Source: Lentimicrobiaceae bacterium
GTDB taxonomy: Bacteria; Bacteroidota; Bacteroidia; Bacteroidales; JAGONC01
Length of the DNA stretch: 64,000 nucleotides
Direction: 5' to 3'
Assembly: GCA_017993235.1 (NCBI GenBank)
Contig: JAGONC010000001.1
Span: 2,880 to 66,879 of the forward strand
Numbering within the stretch: position 1 is the stretch's first letter; every line of letters begins with the position of its first letter. The translations under genes and the position numbers were made by a program. Below the pieces are notes generated by a model. The model searched no databases and was not told the DNA's origin. It saw only the letters and a list, made by a program, of their open reading frames with translations. Positions 47,309 to 59,500 of this stretch are shown in pieces.

Positions 47309-48076
47309 ATGAAAAAATACACGATTGCTTTTGGAATAATTCTGGTTTTTACGTCATTATTCGCTTTATCCTGCGGCAACCATCTGCAGCAGGGACGAAA
47401 GAAAGCCGGGCCTGCAGAGACGCTTGTCCTGCAGACGAACCTGGGAGGAAAGGGGATTGCACTGGAAGTGCAGATGCTTGCCGGGGAGCATCATAATCAT
47501 CCGATGATGGCGATCTGGGTGGAAGACACTGCCGGGCATTATATCCAGACGCTTTTTGTCAACAGGTCCGTCGCCACCAGTACGTACGGACATGGCGACA
47601 AGTCGGGCGGGGTGTGGCAGCCGGGCATGGTGCGCCGGCCGGCTGCAGTGCCTTACTGGAGCCATCAGCGGGGCATTGAAGCATCGGACAGCCTGTTCAT
47701 GCCCGATCCCCTGAATCCTGTTCCGGATGCCTACACCGGTCCCACACCGCCGGGTGATTTCATCCTGAAAACACGTACTGATCAGGTCATTACGGGAAAG
47801 GTCAACATTCTGTTCGAGATCAACCAGTCGTGGGACTGGAACCAATACTGGAACAATGCCCTGTACCCCAATGATGATGAGTACCACAGTTCTGCACAGC
47901 CTGCGGTGGTCTACCGCGCGACCATTGATCTTTCGGATACCGGCAGGGAATACGTCCTTGCTCCGATCGGGCATTCACACTACAACGGTGCCGACGGAAC
48001 GCTGAATCCGGATCTGAGCACGCTGACCACGGCGCTGGATATCGCCAGGGAGATCAAAGTAAAGATCGTACCCTGA
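47309..48076 (+). CDS. hypothetical lipoprotein (possibly DUF2271-like)
   Basis: Lipobox MKKYTIAFGIILVFTSLFALSCG. HPMMAIWVEDTAGHYIQTLFV weakly recalls DUF2271. The track start at 47267 is a TTG inside the MITE-like element. Confidence 0.5.
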   Translation: MKKYTIAFGIILVFTSLFALSCGNHLQQGRKKAGPAETLVLQTNLGGKGIALEVQMLAGEHHNHPMMAIWVEDTAGHYIQTLFVNRSVATSTYGHGDKSGGVWQPGMVRRPAAVPYWSHQRGIEASDSLFMPDPLNPVPDAYTGPTPPGDFILKTRTDQVITGKVNILFEINQSWDWNQYWNNALYPNDDEYHSSAQPAVVYRATIDLSDTGREYVLAPIGHSHYNGADGTLNPDLSTLTTALDIAREIKVKIVP

Positions 48077-48137
48077 GAATCAACGCTGAAAATTGACAAC
48101 CTTTGTGTAAATTTGCCATACAGGCAAATTGATTCCC

Positions 48138-48749
48138 ATGACTATACATCAGCAACTGCTCGAAAGGATCCTCAATGACAATGATCAATATGTACGCGCG
48201 CACGACCTGGATTACTTTTTAGGCCATTCCAGGGGCCAGACTCCTCAGGTCACGATGCTGACCTGTTCCGATTCACGGGTCAGCTCACAGATCATCGTGC
48301 AGGATCCGGTCAACCGTGTATTTGTCATCAAGAATATCGGCAATCAGGTCGCCACGTGCGAGGGATCGCTGGATTACGGCATCTATCACCTGAAAACGCC
48401 TCTTCTCCTCATCGTGGGGCACACCGACTGCGGTGCGATCAAGGCCAGGATGAAGGGCGTGCGCGGTGAGCCACGGACTATCCGGAATGAATTGCTGTCG
48501 CTGCCGGCATGCCAGGCAAAGTCATTGCAAAATATTGATTATGATCAGCTTGTGCGGGAAAATATCCTGAACAACATTCGTTATCAGGTAAAGATTGCAT
48601 CTGAAAAGTACCAGGATCTCATTCAACGGGATGAGCTCTGGGTCGTCGGGGCGTATTATGATTTCCGCAACGACCTGGGGAAAGGGTGGGGGAGGGTGGT
48701 GGTGGTGTGGCCCCTCCCCAACCCCTCCCCATTCGGGGCGGGGCTGTGA
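48138..48749 (+). CDS. beta-class carbonic anhydrase (C-terminal ~25 aa read through a G/C-rich hairpin repeat)
   Basis: CSDSRV and GHTDCGA zinc-ligand motifs. The tail GKGWGRVVVVWPLPNPSPFGAGL is encoded by the palindromic GGGTGGGGGAGGG...CCCCTCCCCAACCC sequence. First ATG is at 48138. Confidence 0.78.
   Translation: MTIHQQLLERILNDNDQYVRAHDLDYFLGHSRGQTPQVTMLTCSDSRVSSQIIVQDPVNRVFVIKNIGNQVATCEGSLDYGIYHLKTPLLLIVGHTDCGAIKARMKGVRGEPRTIRNELLSLPACQAKSLQNIDYDQLVRENILNNIRYQVKIASEKYQDLIQRDELWVVGAYYDFRNDLGKGWGRVVVVWPLPNPSPFGAGL
48684..48743. repeat. G-run / C-run palindromic hairpins at the 3' end of the carbonic anhydrase ORF
   Basis: GGGTGGGGGAGGG (48684-48696) pairs with CCCCTCCCCAACCC (48711-48724). 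CCCCTCCCC (48722-48730) pairs with GGGGCGGGG (48735-48743). The GGGGAGGGG/CCCCTCCCC motif also occurs in the MITE termini. Confidence 0.7.
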
Positions 48750-48765
48750 AGCGTCAGACGATGCA

Positions 48766-48842
48766 GTTGGCGGTAGGCGGTTTTGGGATTTGGATCTTGT
48801 GATTTGTTTGGAATTTAGATCATGGAATTTGGGATTTGATTA
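48766..48842. repeat. degenerate heptanucleotide array (GTTGGCG GTAGGCG GTTTTGG GATTTGG ... TTGGGAT)
   Basis: 11 units keep a 7-bp register with a G(A/T)TTTGG-like consensus. Spans the putative start of the AlbA_2 gene. Confidence 0.6.
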
Positions 48843-49495
48843 GTAGTCTCGTGCTCAAATCGAATTACATAACGAATCTTATCCAGCGCGGCGAGAGCCA
48901 GACGCTGGAGTTCAAGTTCGAGATATCCGACTCGAGGAAGATAGCGCGGACGCTGGTGGCGTTTGCGAATACCGATGGCGGCACACTGCTGATCGGGGTG
49001 AAGGACAATGGCGTGGTTGCCGGCATCCGGTCGGAGGAGGAGAAATACATGGTGGAGACGGCGGCGCTGCTTTACGTGCGTCCGATGGTGAGGTATGCCA
49101 CGAAAGAGTGGGAGATTGAGGGGAAGACGGTGCTGGAGGTGGTCATTGCCAGGGGGGAGGAACGGCCGTATTTTGCGCAGGAGCCCAATGGCAAATGGAT
49201 GGCGTACATCCGTGTGAATGATCAGAACCTGCTGGCGAACTGGGTATTGCTGAAGGTCTGGGAGAAGGCGCCGAAAGCGGAAGGAGTCGTGATCCGTTAT
49301 ACCGAAAAGGAAAGGTTGTTTCTCGATTACCTGGATCGGAACGGGACGATCACGCTGCTGGAGTTGTGCCAGCTTACGGATCTCTCACGCAGCAAAGGGG
49401 AGGAAATGCTCGTGAATTTTATTCTGATGAAGGTCATCGAGATGGTTTTCACCGAGAAAGAAGTGTATTACCGGTTTCGGGAGACGACGCAATAA
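48836..49495 (+). CDS. AlbA_2 (divergent AAA/Schlafen-like) DNA-binding domain protein with C-terminal wHTH
   Basis: ESQTLEFKFEISDSRKIARTLVAFANTDGGTLLIGVKDNGVVAGI. There is no ATG near the 5' end; the start is TTG 48836 or GTG 48851, inside a degenerate heptamer array. Confidence 0.65.
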   Translation: MISSLVLKSNYITNLIQRGESQTLEFKFEISDSRKIARTLVAFANTDGGTLLIGVKDNGVVAGIRSEEEKYMVETAALLYVRPMVRYATKEWEIEGKTVLEVVIARGEERPYFAQEPNGKWMAYIRVNDQNLLANWVLLKVWEKAPKAEGVVIRYTEKERLFLDYLDRNGTITLLELCQLTDLSRSKGEEMLVNFILMKVIEMVFTEKEVYYRFRETTQ

Positions 49496-49501
49496 ATATT
49501 C

Positions 49502-49516
49502 CGGTGCGCTGCACCG
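49502..49516. terminator. short GC hairpin between convergent AlbA_2 and porP/sprF genes
   Basis: CGGTGC-GCT-GCACCG, a 6-bp stem flanked by A/T-rich sequence on both sides. Weak U-tracts. Confidence 0.35.
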
Positions 49517-49520
49517 CAAT

Positions 49521-50435
49521 TTAAAAATAATCCCCCACGTACGGCTTTTTCTTGGTCTGCTTGTCCCAGCAGAGCTTGATCTCGTGCGAGCCGACGTTGT
49601 AATTGCCGATGTCGCCAAGATAGGAATCGAACGAATACCCGATCTTCAGGCGGGAACTCACGCGCACTTCCGTCAGCAGCACGAACGACCGGGTGTTCGA
49701 CCGGTATGAGACCCCCACCCAGATCAGGTTGTTGATCTTCAGCGCCGTATTGAGGTCTATCCCCCATTGATTTCCCTCCCAGTATTTTATCAATATAGAT
49801 GGCTTTAAGATGGTTTTATTAATTTTAATAAAACCTCCTGTATATAAAAATAAATTTTGCTTGAAGATGAAGAACTTACTATCGAGGTCATACCAGGATG
49901 AAAAATATTTATCAAACATATGTTTTGTTGAAAAACCGATAAAAAAATCAGGGGTGTAATAATAGACTCCGAAATTAGCATCCGGTAACACTACGGATTG
50001 AGGCTGAACGATCAGATAATAATCATTCATGTCTTCCATACTTAGATTTTGCCAGTCAATCCGTGAATGTTTGAAACCAAACTGTAAACCCAGGGATAAT
50101 TTCCCTTCAGTAAAGTCGACAATATAATTGTACGTGGTAATGAGTCCATAGTCAATAACAGGGCCGAGTCTGTCAACATACAAATAACCACCAATACCAA
50201 CTTTCTCATTCGGCAGCAGGGCCTGACCGCTCAGCGTAATGGTATTCGGCGCACCGTTCAACCCGACCCACTGGTGCCGGTCAACCAGGTTGAAGATCGG
50301 CTTCTCCTGGATACCGGTAAAGGCCGGGTTCAATATGTGATAATTATGAAGATATTGATAGTACAAAGCGTCCCGCTGACCGAACCCGCTGACTCCTATC
50401 AACAGAAATAAATAAATGAGAATGTACTTTTTCAT
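49521..50435 (-). CDS. PorP/SprF-family type IX secretion system membrane protein
   Basis: MKKYILIYLFLLIGVSGFGQ signal, YYQYLHNYHILNPAFTG and HQWVGLNGAPNTITLSG motifs. Lies immediately downstream of a type-B CTD cargo gene. Confidence 0.85.
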   Translation of the reverse strand: MKKYILIYLFLLIGVSGFGQRDALYYQYLHNYHILNPAFTGIQEKPIFNLVDRHQWVGLNGAPNTITLSGQALLPNEKVGIGGYLYVDRLGPVIDYGLITTYNYIVDFTEGKLSLGLQFGFKHSRIDWQNLSMEDMNDYYLIVQPQSVVLPDANFGVYYYTPDFFIGFSTKHMFDKYFSSWYDLDSKFFIFKQNLFLYTGGFIKINKTILKPSILIKYWEGNQWGIDLNTALKINNLIWVGVSYRSNTRSFVLLTEVRVSSRLKIGYSFDSYLGDIGNYNVGSHEIKLCWDKQTKKKPYVGDYF

Positions 50436-50490
50436 TTTACCTCATGTTACGATGTCCAAGTCGCAATGAATATTATTTTATTGAATTTTA

Positions 50491-50525
50491 TCTCTCCTTT
50501 CTCCTCTCTCCTCTCTAATCTCTAT
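50491..50525. repeat. heptanucleotide array (TCTCTCC TTTCTCC TCTCTCC TCTCTAA TCTCTAT)
   Basis: Five units in register. Covers the stop codon and last codons of the giant gene and the spacer to porP/sprF. Confidence 0.8.
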
Positions 50526-53500
50526 ATAAAAACACCCACCCCTTATACATCGCAGGGTACTCCGATACGGTCAGGAAGTAATAATAGGTTCCGTTAGGTA
50601 CCATATTACCTTCCTTATCCAGCCCTTCCCAGCGATTGTCTCCATTATCATAATGCTCAATTTCGGCAACGATCGCACCCCACCTGTCCATAATGACCAC
50701 CCTGTTGGTGGGATACAGTTCAATGCCCTTGATCTTCCAGTAATCGTTCACACCGTCGCCGTTGGGCGTCAGTGCATTGTAAATGATGAACGGCGGCTCG
50801 GGCAAGATGTCTTTCTTGAATACATCAATACGAACGGTGGCTGTATCCTTCAGCGACGGATTCCCGTCATCATAGATATAATACATGAATTCATCTGAGC
50901 CAATGTAATCGTTGAACGGACTGTACAAAATGGTGCTGTCGATCATGATCTTGATGGAAGCACCATGCTGCGGCTGTGCCAGGATCTCGTAATTCACGAT
51001 CCGGCCATCCGGATCATAATCGTTGGCCAGTACATCAATGACAACCGGTATGTTCACGATAGTCGAATCGAGATCGTCCACTGCGACAGGTCTCTTGTTA
51101 AAGTACTCCACAATGATGTAAACCGTTGCCGTATCACACGCACCCGTGTAATCACAGAGCTCGTACTTCAGGCTGTCGATCCCGTTGAAACCAAAGTCGG
51201 GCGCATAATCCAGGAACCGGATGTCGCCGCTCTGGAAATACAGGCCATGTTCGGGTTCCTCGATGACCACCACAGCGATAGGATTGTTGCTGCCAACGCA
51301 GTAAAGGTCATTGCCCAGAATGAAGATGTTGACGGGTACGTTGCTCAGCGTGGAAGCATAATCGTCATTGGCAACCACAGTACTGACGACCGTCACCGGG
51401 GAGTGACAAGTGCTGATGTTGCCGTTGACATCCTCCACGGTCCAGATAACGCTGGTCACGCCCAGAGGATAATAACCGCTTGCATTTGCAGAGCCCGTGA
51501 AGTTGTTTGTTATTGTTTTCACACCACAATTATCCGAAACGACAGGCAGCGGGATATCCACATACATTGAACAGTTGGCCGCGGAAGCTTCCGCATACAT
51601 GTCGTCGCAGGTGATGGCCGGCGGCTCGGCGTCCTTTGTGATCACGATATCCATCGTGGTAACCGTGGCACACTGACCCTCATCGGGCGTGAATGTGAAG
51701 GTAAAAGTTCCTGCAGTACCGGTGGTGATCGCGCTGGGTGTCCATGTACCGGTGATGTTGTTGAGCGATACCGGCGGCAGATCAGGTGCAATGGTACACT
51801 GCGCCAGCGGCCCGACCATTGCAAAGGAAGGTACGAGCTTCGTGGTGACTTCCAGCATGATGGGATTGGAAATCGCAGGATTGTTAGTGGCACAGGTGAC
51901 ATCCGACAGCACCGTGGTATGAATGATATCGCCGTTTGCGGGTACGAACGTAAAGGTGGACGTGGTCTGACCCGTTATCTCAATACCATTGACAAACCAC
52001 GCATAAACGGGATTCGTACCGCCGTTGGTCGGCACTGCGGTGAACAGAACCGGTGTCCCCTCGCAGACGGGATTATGATCAACCATAATGACGACCTCAA
52101 CCGGCACCAGCTCCGTGACACCCATAACCACCGTATTGGAAATAGCGGGATTATTCGTTGCACAGGCTGCATCGGATAACAACGTAGCATAAACCTGATC
52201 GCCATCCGCCGGAGCATACGTGTACGTATTACCCGTTACACCCATTACCTGAGTGCTATTGACGAACCAGGTGTACACCGGATTAAGGCCTCCGCTGACC
52301 GGGGTTGCGCTGAAGTTCACTTCCGTCCCTTCGCACACCGGATTCTGATCAGCATCAATGGTAACCGATACCTCCATTTCCGGAAGAATGACCATGGTAA
52401 CCGGATTGGAACTGGCCGGATTGTCCGTGGCACAGGGCTCACTGGAATTTACCGTTGCATGAACCACATCTCCATTCGCCGGGATATACGCATACGCCTG
52501 ACTCGTCTGCCCGGGAACCTCAACACCGTTGACGAACCACTGATAGGCCGGATTCGTACCGCCATTCGTCGGAGTGGCAGTGAACGTGACTGTGGTGCCC
52601 TCGCAGACAGGATTCTGGTCGGCTTCAATGACCAGCGATACGGGCAACAGGGCGTTGACCACCATGCCGATTGTATTCGACGTGGCGGGATTGTTTACGG
52701 CACATTCCTCACTGGAGAGCAACTTCGCAGTCACCTGGTCGCCATTGACCGGTATGTACTGGTACGTGTTACCCGTCTGCCCGCTGACCTGGACTCCATT
52801 GACATACCACGCGTAGGCCGGATTCGTCCCTCCGTTGACTGGTGCCGCCGTGAAGGTGACCACCGTCCCCGCACAAACCGGATTGTGATCAGCCGTAATG
52901 GTGACTTCAACCAACAGCAGTTCGTTGACCGTCATGGCGATCGTGTTCGATGGGGCAGGATTGTTCGTTGCACAGGCTGCATCCGAAGTCAATGTAGCGT
53001 ACATTTGGTCGCCATTGACCGGTATATACTGATAGGTTGCACCCGTTTGACCGGAAACCTGAATGTCATTGACGAACCACGCGTAAACCGGATTTGTGCC
53101 TCCATTGACAGGGATGGCGGTAAAGATGACCTGCGTGCCTTCGCACACCGGATTCTGGCTGGCTGTGATGCTCACATCCACCTCTACCGAAGGATCCACG
53201 ACCATGAAGATCACGTTGGACGGTGCCGGATTGTTGGTGGCACAGGGCTCATCGGAAAGCAGCGTGGCATGGACCTCATCGTTGTTTGCCGGATTGTAGC
53301 TGTAGGTCGGACCTGTCTGACCCGCTATCTGCAATCCGTTGACAAACCATGCATAGATCGGGTTGCTGCCTCCATTGACCGATGCGGCGGTATAGGTGAC
53401 CATCGTGCCCTCGCACACAGGATTCTGATCCACAGTGATGGACACCTCCACAGGAAACTCGTCAACCACTGCCATCGTGATGAGGTCGGATGAGGCCGGA

Positions 53501-56500
53501 TTACCCGTAGTACACTCTTCATCGGACAGCAGCATCACATTTACCGCGTCACCATCGCCGGGTGCATAGGAATAGGTTGGACCTGACTGACCGGGCACAG
53601 CAATACTGTTCACATACCAGGTGTAGACCGGATTGGTTCCGCCGTTGACGGGTGTGGCACTGAAGGTGACCGCTGTGCCGATGCAGACTGGATTCTGATC
53701 CACTGTAAGGGATACTGACACTGGTAACTGGTCGACAACTCCCATGGTGATCAATGTAGAAATTGCCGGATTATTTGTCGTGCAGGAGGCATCCGAAAGC
53801 AGGGTTACATAGACCTCATCCCCGTTGGCAGGTACGTAAGAATAAACCGGCGTTGTCTGCCCGCTGACCTGTGTTCCATTGACAAACCAGGTGTACAGCG
53901 GGTTGTCTCCGCCATTGACCGGTGTGGCTGTAAAGGTTGCCTCGCTTCCGGTGCATACCGGGTTTTGATTCACAGCTATCGTAACTCCCACGATCATTTC
54001 ATTTAGCACTTCCATGGTGATGCTGTTCGAAGCGATCGGTTCACCGGAGGTGCATTCTTCATCCGAAAGCACCGTCGCATAAACGATATCACCGTCCACC
54101 GGCACGTAGGAATAGGTCGCAGCTGTTTCACCTGGCACCATAGCTTCGTTGACGTACCATGCATACAGCGGATTCACCCCGCCGTTGACCGGTGTAGCCG
54201 CAAAGGTGACCATATCCCCTGCGCATACCGGATTCTGATCCACCGTGATCGTCACCGATACGGGCAGGGCATCATTCACCGTCATGGTGATCGTTTCGGA
54301 GATGGCCGGGTTGCCTGTTGTGCAGGGCTCGTCCGAAAGCAACTCAACATAAACGACATCGCTATTGGAGGGTATGTATGTATAGGAATCGTCTGATTCT
54401 CCGATAATTATATTTCCATTCACGTACCAGGTGTACATCGGAGCCGTACCGCCGTTCATGGGTAAGGCTGTGAAGGTAACTTCCGTTCCTGCACAGACCG
54501 GATTTTCGCTGACCGATAGTTCAACCGACACCGTCAGTTCAGGATTGACGGTCATTACGATCGGATCGGATTCAGCCGGATTTTCCGTCGCGCAGGTTTC
54601 ACTGGAGTACAGCGTTACGTAAATGTCATCGCCATCGGTTGGCGTGTAAGTAAATGTCGCACCCGTCTGGCCGGTCATTTCGGTGGTGTTGACATACCAC
54701 GCGTAGACAGGATCAGCCCCTCCATTGACGGGCTCTGCCGTGAAGATGATCTCCGTTCCCTCGCATACCGGATTCTGATCCACCGTGATCGTCACCGACA
54801 CGGGCAGGGCATCATTCACCGTCATGGTGATCGTTTCGGAGCTGGCCGGGTTGTCCGTTGCACAGGGCTCGTCCGAAAGCAACTCAACATAAACGACATC
54901 GCTATTGGAGGGTATGTATGTATAGGAATCGTCTGATTCTCCGATAATTATATTTCCATTCACGTACCAGGTGTACATCGGAGCCGTACCGCCGTTCATG
55001 GGTAAGGCTGTGAAGGTAACTTCCGTTCCTGCACAGACCGGATTTTCGCTGACCGATAGTTCAACCGACACCGTCAGTTCAGGATTGACGGTCATTACGA
55101 TCGGATCGGATTCAGCCGGATTTTCCGTCGCGCAGGTTTCACTGGAGTACAGCGTTACGTAAATGTCATCGCCATCGGTTGGCGTGTAAGTAAATGTCGC
55201 ACCCGTCTGGCCGGTCATTTCGGTGGTGTTGACATACCACGCGTAGACAGGATCAGCCCCTCCATTGACGGGCTCTGCCGTGAAGATGATCTCCGTTCCC
55301 TCGCATACCGGATTCTGATCCACCGTGATCGTCACCGACACGGGCAGGGCATCATTCACCGTCATGGTGATCGTTTCGGAGCTGGCCGGGTTGTCCGTTG
55401 CACAGGTCTCGTCGGAGAACAGTGTAACAAAGATCTGATCTCCGTCGGACGGCACATAGGCGTAGCTTACACCTGATTCTCCGGTGATGACAACACCGTT
55501 TAGATACCATGTGTACACCGGTGCCGAACCTCCGTTGACCGGAGTTGCCGTAAAGGTGACTTCCGTGCCGGCGCATACCGGGTTTTCACTGGCTTCCAGT
55601 GCGACTGACACAGGCATTGCATCGTTCACCGTCATGGTGATCGTTTCCGAGGTGGACGGGTTGTCCATTGCACAGGTCTCGCTGGAAAGCAATGTAACAT
55701 AAATATCATCGCCATCGAGTGGTGCATAGGTGTATGTCTCAGTCGTTTGTCCGGCTATCAGACTGCTGTTAACGTACCAGGTGTATACCGGAGATATGCC
55801 CCCGTTCACGGGTGTGGCGAGGAAAGTGACTTCTGTGCCGGCACATACCGGATTGGAGCTGACGCTGAGGGTGACCGACACCGGCAGCACATCGTTCACC
55901 GTCATGGTCACCGTGTTGGATGTGGCCGGATTGTTCGTTGAACAGGGCTCGTCGGAAAGCAATATAACATAGACATAATCGCCATTAATGGGCACATAGG
56001 AATATGTATTGCCTGATTCTCCGCTGATTACGTTATCATTCAGGTACCAGGTGTACACCGGTGCCGAACCTCCGTTGACCGGAGTTGCCGTAAAGGTGAC
56101 TTCCGTGCCGGCGCATACCGGATTTTCACTGGCTGCCAGCGCAACCGATACAGGCAGGGCATCGTTGACGGTCATCTGGATCGTGTTGGATGTGGCCGGG
56201 TTTTCTGTCACACAAGGTTCATCGGAGAGCACCGTGACATAGACATTGTCGCCGTTGACCGGTGTATAGGTATAGGTGTTCCCTGATACTCCGCTGATGA
56301 TGATACTGTTCAGATACCAGGTAAATACCGGTGCTGTTCCTTCATTTTCCGGTGCAGCGATAAAGGTGACCTCTGTTCCGAAACAGACAGGATTCGCTGA
56401 AACATTGAGTTCGACTGAAACGGGCAGGGTATCATTCACCGTCATGGTGATCGTTTCGGAACTGGCGGGGTTGTCCGTTGCGCAGGGCTCGTCGGATAAC

Positions 56501-59500
56501 AGACTGACCCAGACCTGATCACCGTTAGCGGGTGCAAAGGTGTAACTGCTGCCTGAAGCATCTGCGATCTCATTCCCGTTCAGGTACCAGGTGTACACCG
56601 GATCCGTTCCTTCATTCACCGGGATGGCCGTGAAGGTAACTTCCGTTCCTGCACAGACCGGATTTTCGCTGACCGATAGTTCAACCGACACCGTCAGTTC
56701 AGGATTGACGGTCATTACGATCGGATCGGATTCAGCCGGATTACTGGTTGCACAGGGCTCGTCGGAGAGCAGCGTGACGTAAACCTGGTCACCATTGGCA
56801 GGCTGGTAGGTGTATGTTGATCCTGTAGCTTCGGATACAGGTACACCGTTGACGTACCAGGTGTACACAGGATCGGGTCCGCCATTGACCGGGGTGGCCG
56901 TAAGGATAACTTCTGTACCGTCGCAGACCGGATTGGCGCTGGCAGCCAGACTTACCGATACCGGCGCCGACGGGATGACCGTGAAAACGATGGAATCGGA
57001 TGGGGCAGGGTTGTTCGACGTACACGATTCACCGGAGAGCAGCGTCACATAGAGGTTGTCGTTATTTAATGGAGTGATGGTAATGACCGGACCTGTTTCT
57101 CCAGGAATGACGTTACCGTTGAGGTACCAGGTGTAGACCGGGATTGTCCCTTCGTTAGTGGGAGATGCCGTGATCGTGACCGCCGTACCTTCGCACACTG
57201 TGGTTTGATCAGCAGTAATGGTTACGTCAACCGCTAAAATTTCGTTTACCGTAATTTCAATCGTATTGGACGGAGCCGGATTATTCGTGGAGCAGTCTAT
57301 GTCGGACAGCAGCGTTGCCCAGACCTGGTCACCGTCAGCCGGTGCATACGTGAATGTACTACTGGTTTCGTCAGGTATTTCGTTCCCGTTGACAAACCAG
57401 GCATATATCGGGCTGGTGCCACCGTTGCCCGGGGTGGCCGTGAGGGTCACCGTCGCACCCTCACAAACAATTACTTCACTGGCGCTGATTGTAACTTCAA
57501 CATTGACAGGCTGTTGCAGCATTAGTGTCATGACATCCGTAACAGGCGGGCACATGTACACCTGAGCATTCAACGTAAGGTTGACCGTACCTGCTGCCTG
57601 ATCTCCCTCTCCGGGAATGTAGGTTGGATTCAATAGCCCTGAATTATCGAATGTGCCATCGCCCGAGGTGCTCCAGTAGATGGATGGCTGGCCGTTGATG
57701 GTTGCATCGGAAATCGTGTAGGACTCATCGGCACAGATCGTTGCATTCGCACCGGCATAGACGGTGGGTGCCTGCCAGATCGCAAGGTTCATTTCATCGC
57801 TTACCGTACCGCAGGATCCATTTCCCGTGACGATCAGCGTGAGGGTGACCATGCCGGCCTGGATATCCCCGTCGCTGAGCGTATAGGTTGCGTCGAGCTG
57901 TGTTTCATCATCAAAGGTTCCCGTACCGCTGGTCATCCACTGGATCGCGGAATAATTTTCAGCGCTGCCGGAAAGTGTGTAGCTGCCATCGAGGGAGCAG
58001 ATCTGAGCATCTTCCCCTGCATTGGCCAGCGGTGCACCGGTGATGGACAGGATCATTTCATCTGACGCGGGCGGACAGTCTCCTTGACCCGTCGCGGTAA
58101 GCGTCAGAACAACCGATCCGTTGAGGATGTCATCCGTTCCGGGTGTATAGGTGGGATGCAGATCAGTGTTATCGTTGAAGGTTCCGTTTCCAGCGGTGGT
58201 CCATGCCAGGGAAATATAATCGGCGGCAGAGGCGTCCGCCAGGGTGTAGGTCTCGCCCTCGCAAATGGCATTATCCGTTCCAGCATTCGCCGTAGTAGCG
58301 ACATAGATTATAAGGGTCATCTGGTCAACGGCATCGGGGCACGAACCGTTGCCTTCAGCTGTTAGCGTAAGCGAGGCAAATCCTTGGAAAATATCGGTCG
58401 GGCCGGGTGTATAGCTGGCGGTGAGCGATGCCGGATCATCAAAGCTGCCATCACCGCCCGTCGTCCAGAGAAGTGATGCATAATTACCAGCAGCGCCCTG
58501 TGTCAGGAATGGGAACGCACTGGTACAGACAGACGCGTTTTCGCCTGCACTGGCAACGGGGGCACCGGTGATCGAGAGGATCATTTCCGAAGTTGCAGCA
58601 GGGCAGGAGCCGGAGCCATAAACCGTCAGGATCAGCATGACCGTTCCGTCAGTGACATCCTGCGCACCGGGTGTATAGGTCGGATTCAGGATGAGCGTAT
58701 TATCGAATGTACCGGTGCCTGAGGTTGACCATTGGAGTAACTGATAGTTTGACGCGCTGGCATCGGCCAGTGTATAGGATTCGCCCTCGCAGATGGCCGC
58801 ATCTGCACCGGCATTGGCCGATGGTGCAGGTGTGATCGTAAGGATCATCTCATCGCTTACCTGTCCGCAGGAGCCATTTCCAATGGCAGTCAGCGTCAGG
58901 GTGACTATCCCGTTCAAGATATCCGTACCGCCGGGCGTATAGACTGCTGCAAGGATATTCGGATTGTCAAAACTGCCATCACCGCTCGTCCCCCAGACGA
59001 CCGATGCATAATTCGTGGCAACTCCTGATAGCGTAAATCCGGGATCGCTGGAGCAAATGCTGGCATCGTCACCTGCACTGACGGTCGGCGCGGGCGTGAT
59101 GGACAGGGTCATCGAAGAGGTCGCAGGCGGACAGGTTCCCGTGCCTGTCGCAGTCAGCGTCAGGAGAACCGATCCGGAAAGGATATCATCGGCACTGGGC
59201 GTGTACGTCGGATTAAGGGCATGGGGAGCGTCGAACGACCCAGTACCGGATGATAACCAGTTAAGTTCTGTATAATGCTGAGCATCAGCATTGGATAATG
59301 TATAATCTTCACCTTCGCAAATTGCATCGTCTTCACCTGCAAATGCCGTAGCATCCGGCCAGATGGTGAGGGTCATATCATCGTAGGCATTTCCGCATGA
59401 GCCGAATCCGCCCACGAGAAGTCCAAGAATAACCTGGCCGTCAGCGTTATCCTGAGCGCTGGTGTGATACGTGGGCGTCAGTGTGCTGCCACCGGTAAAT

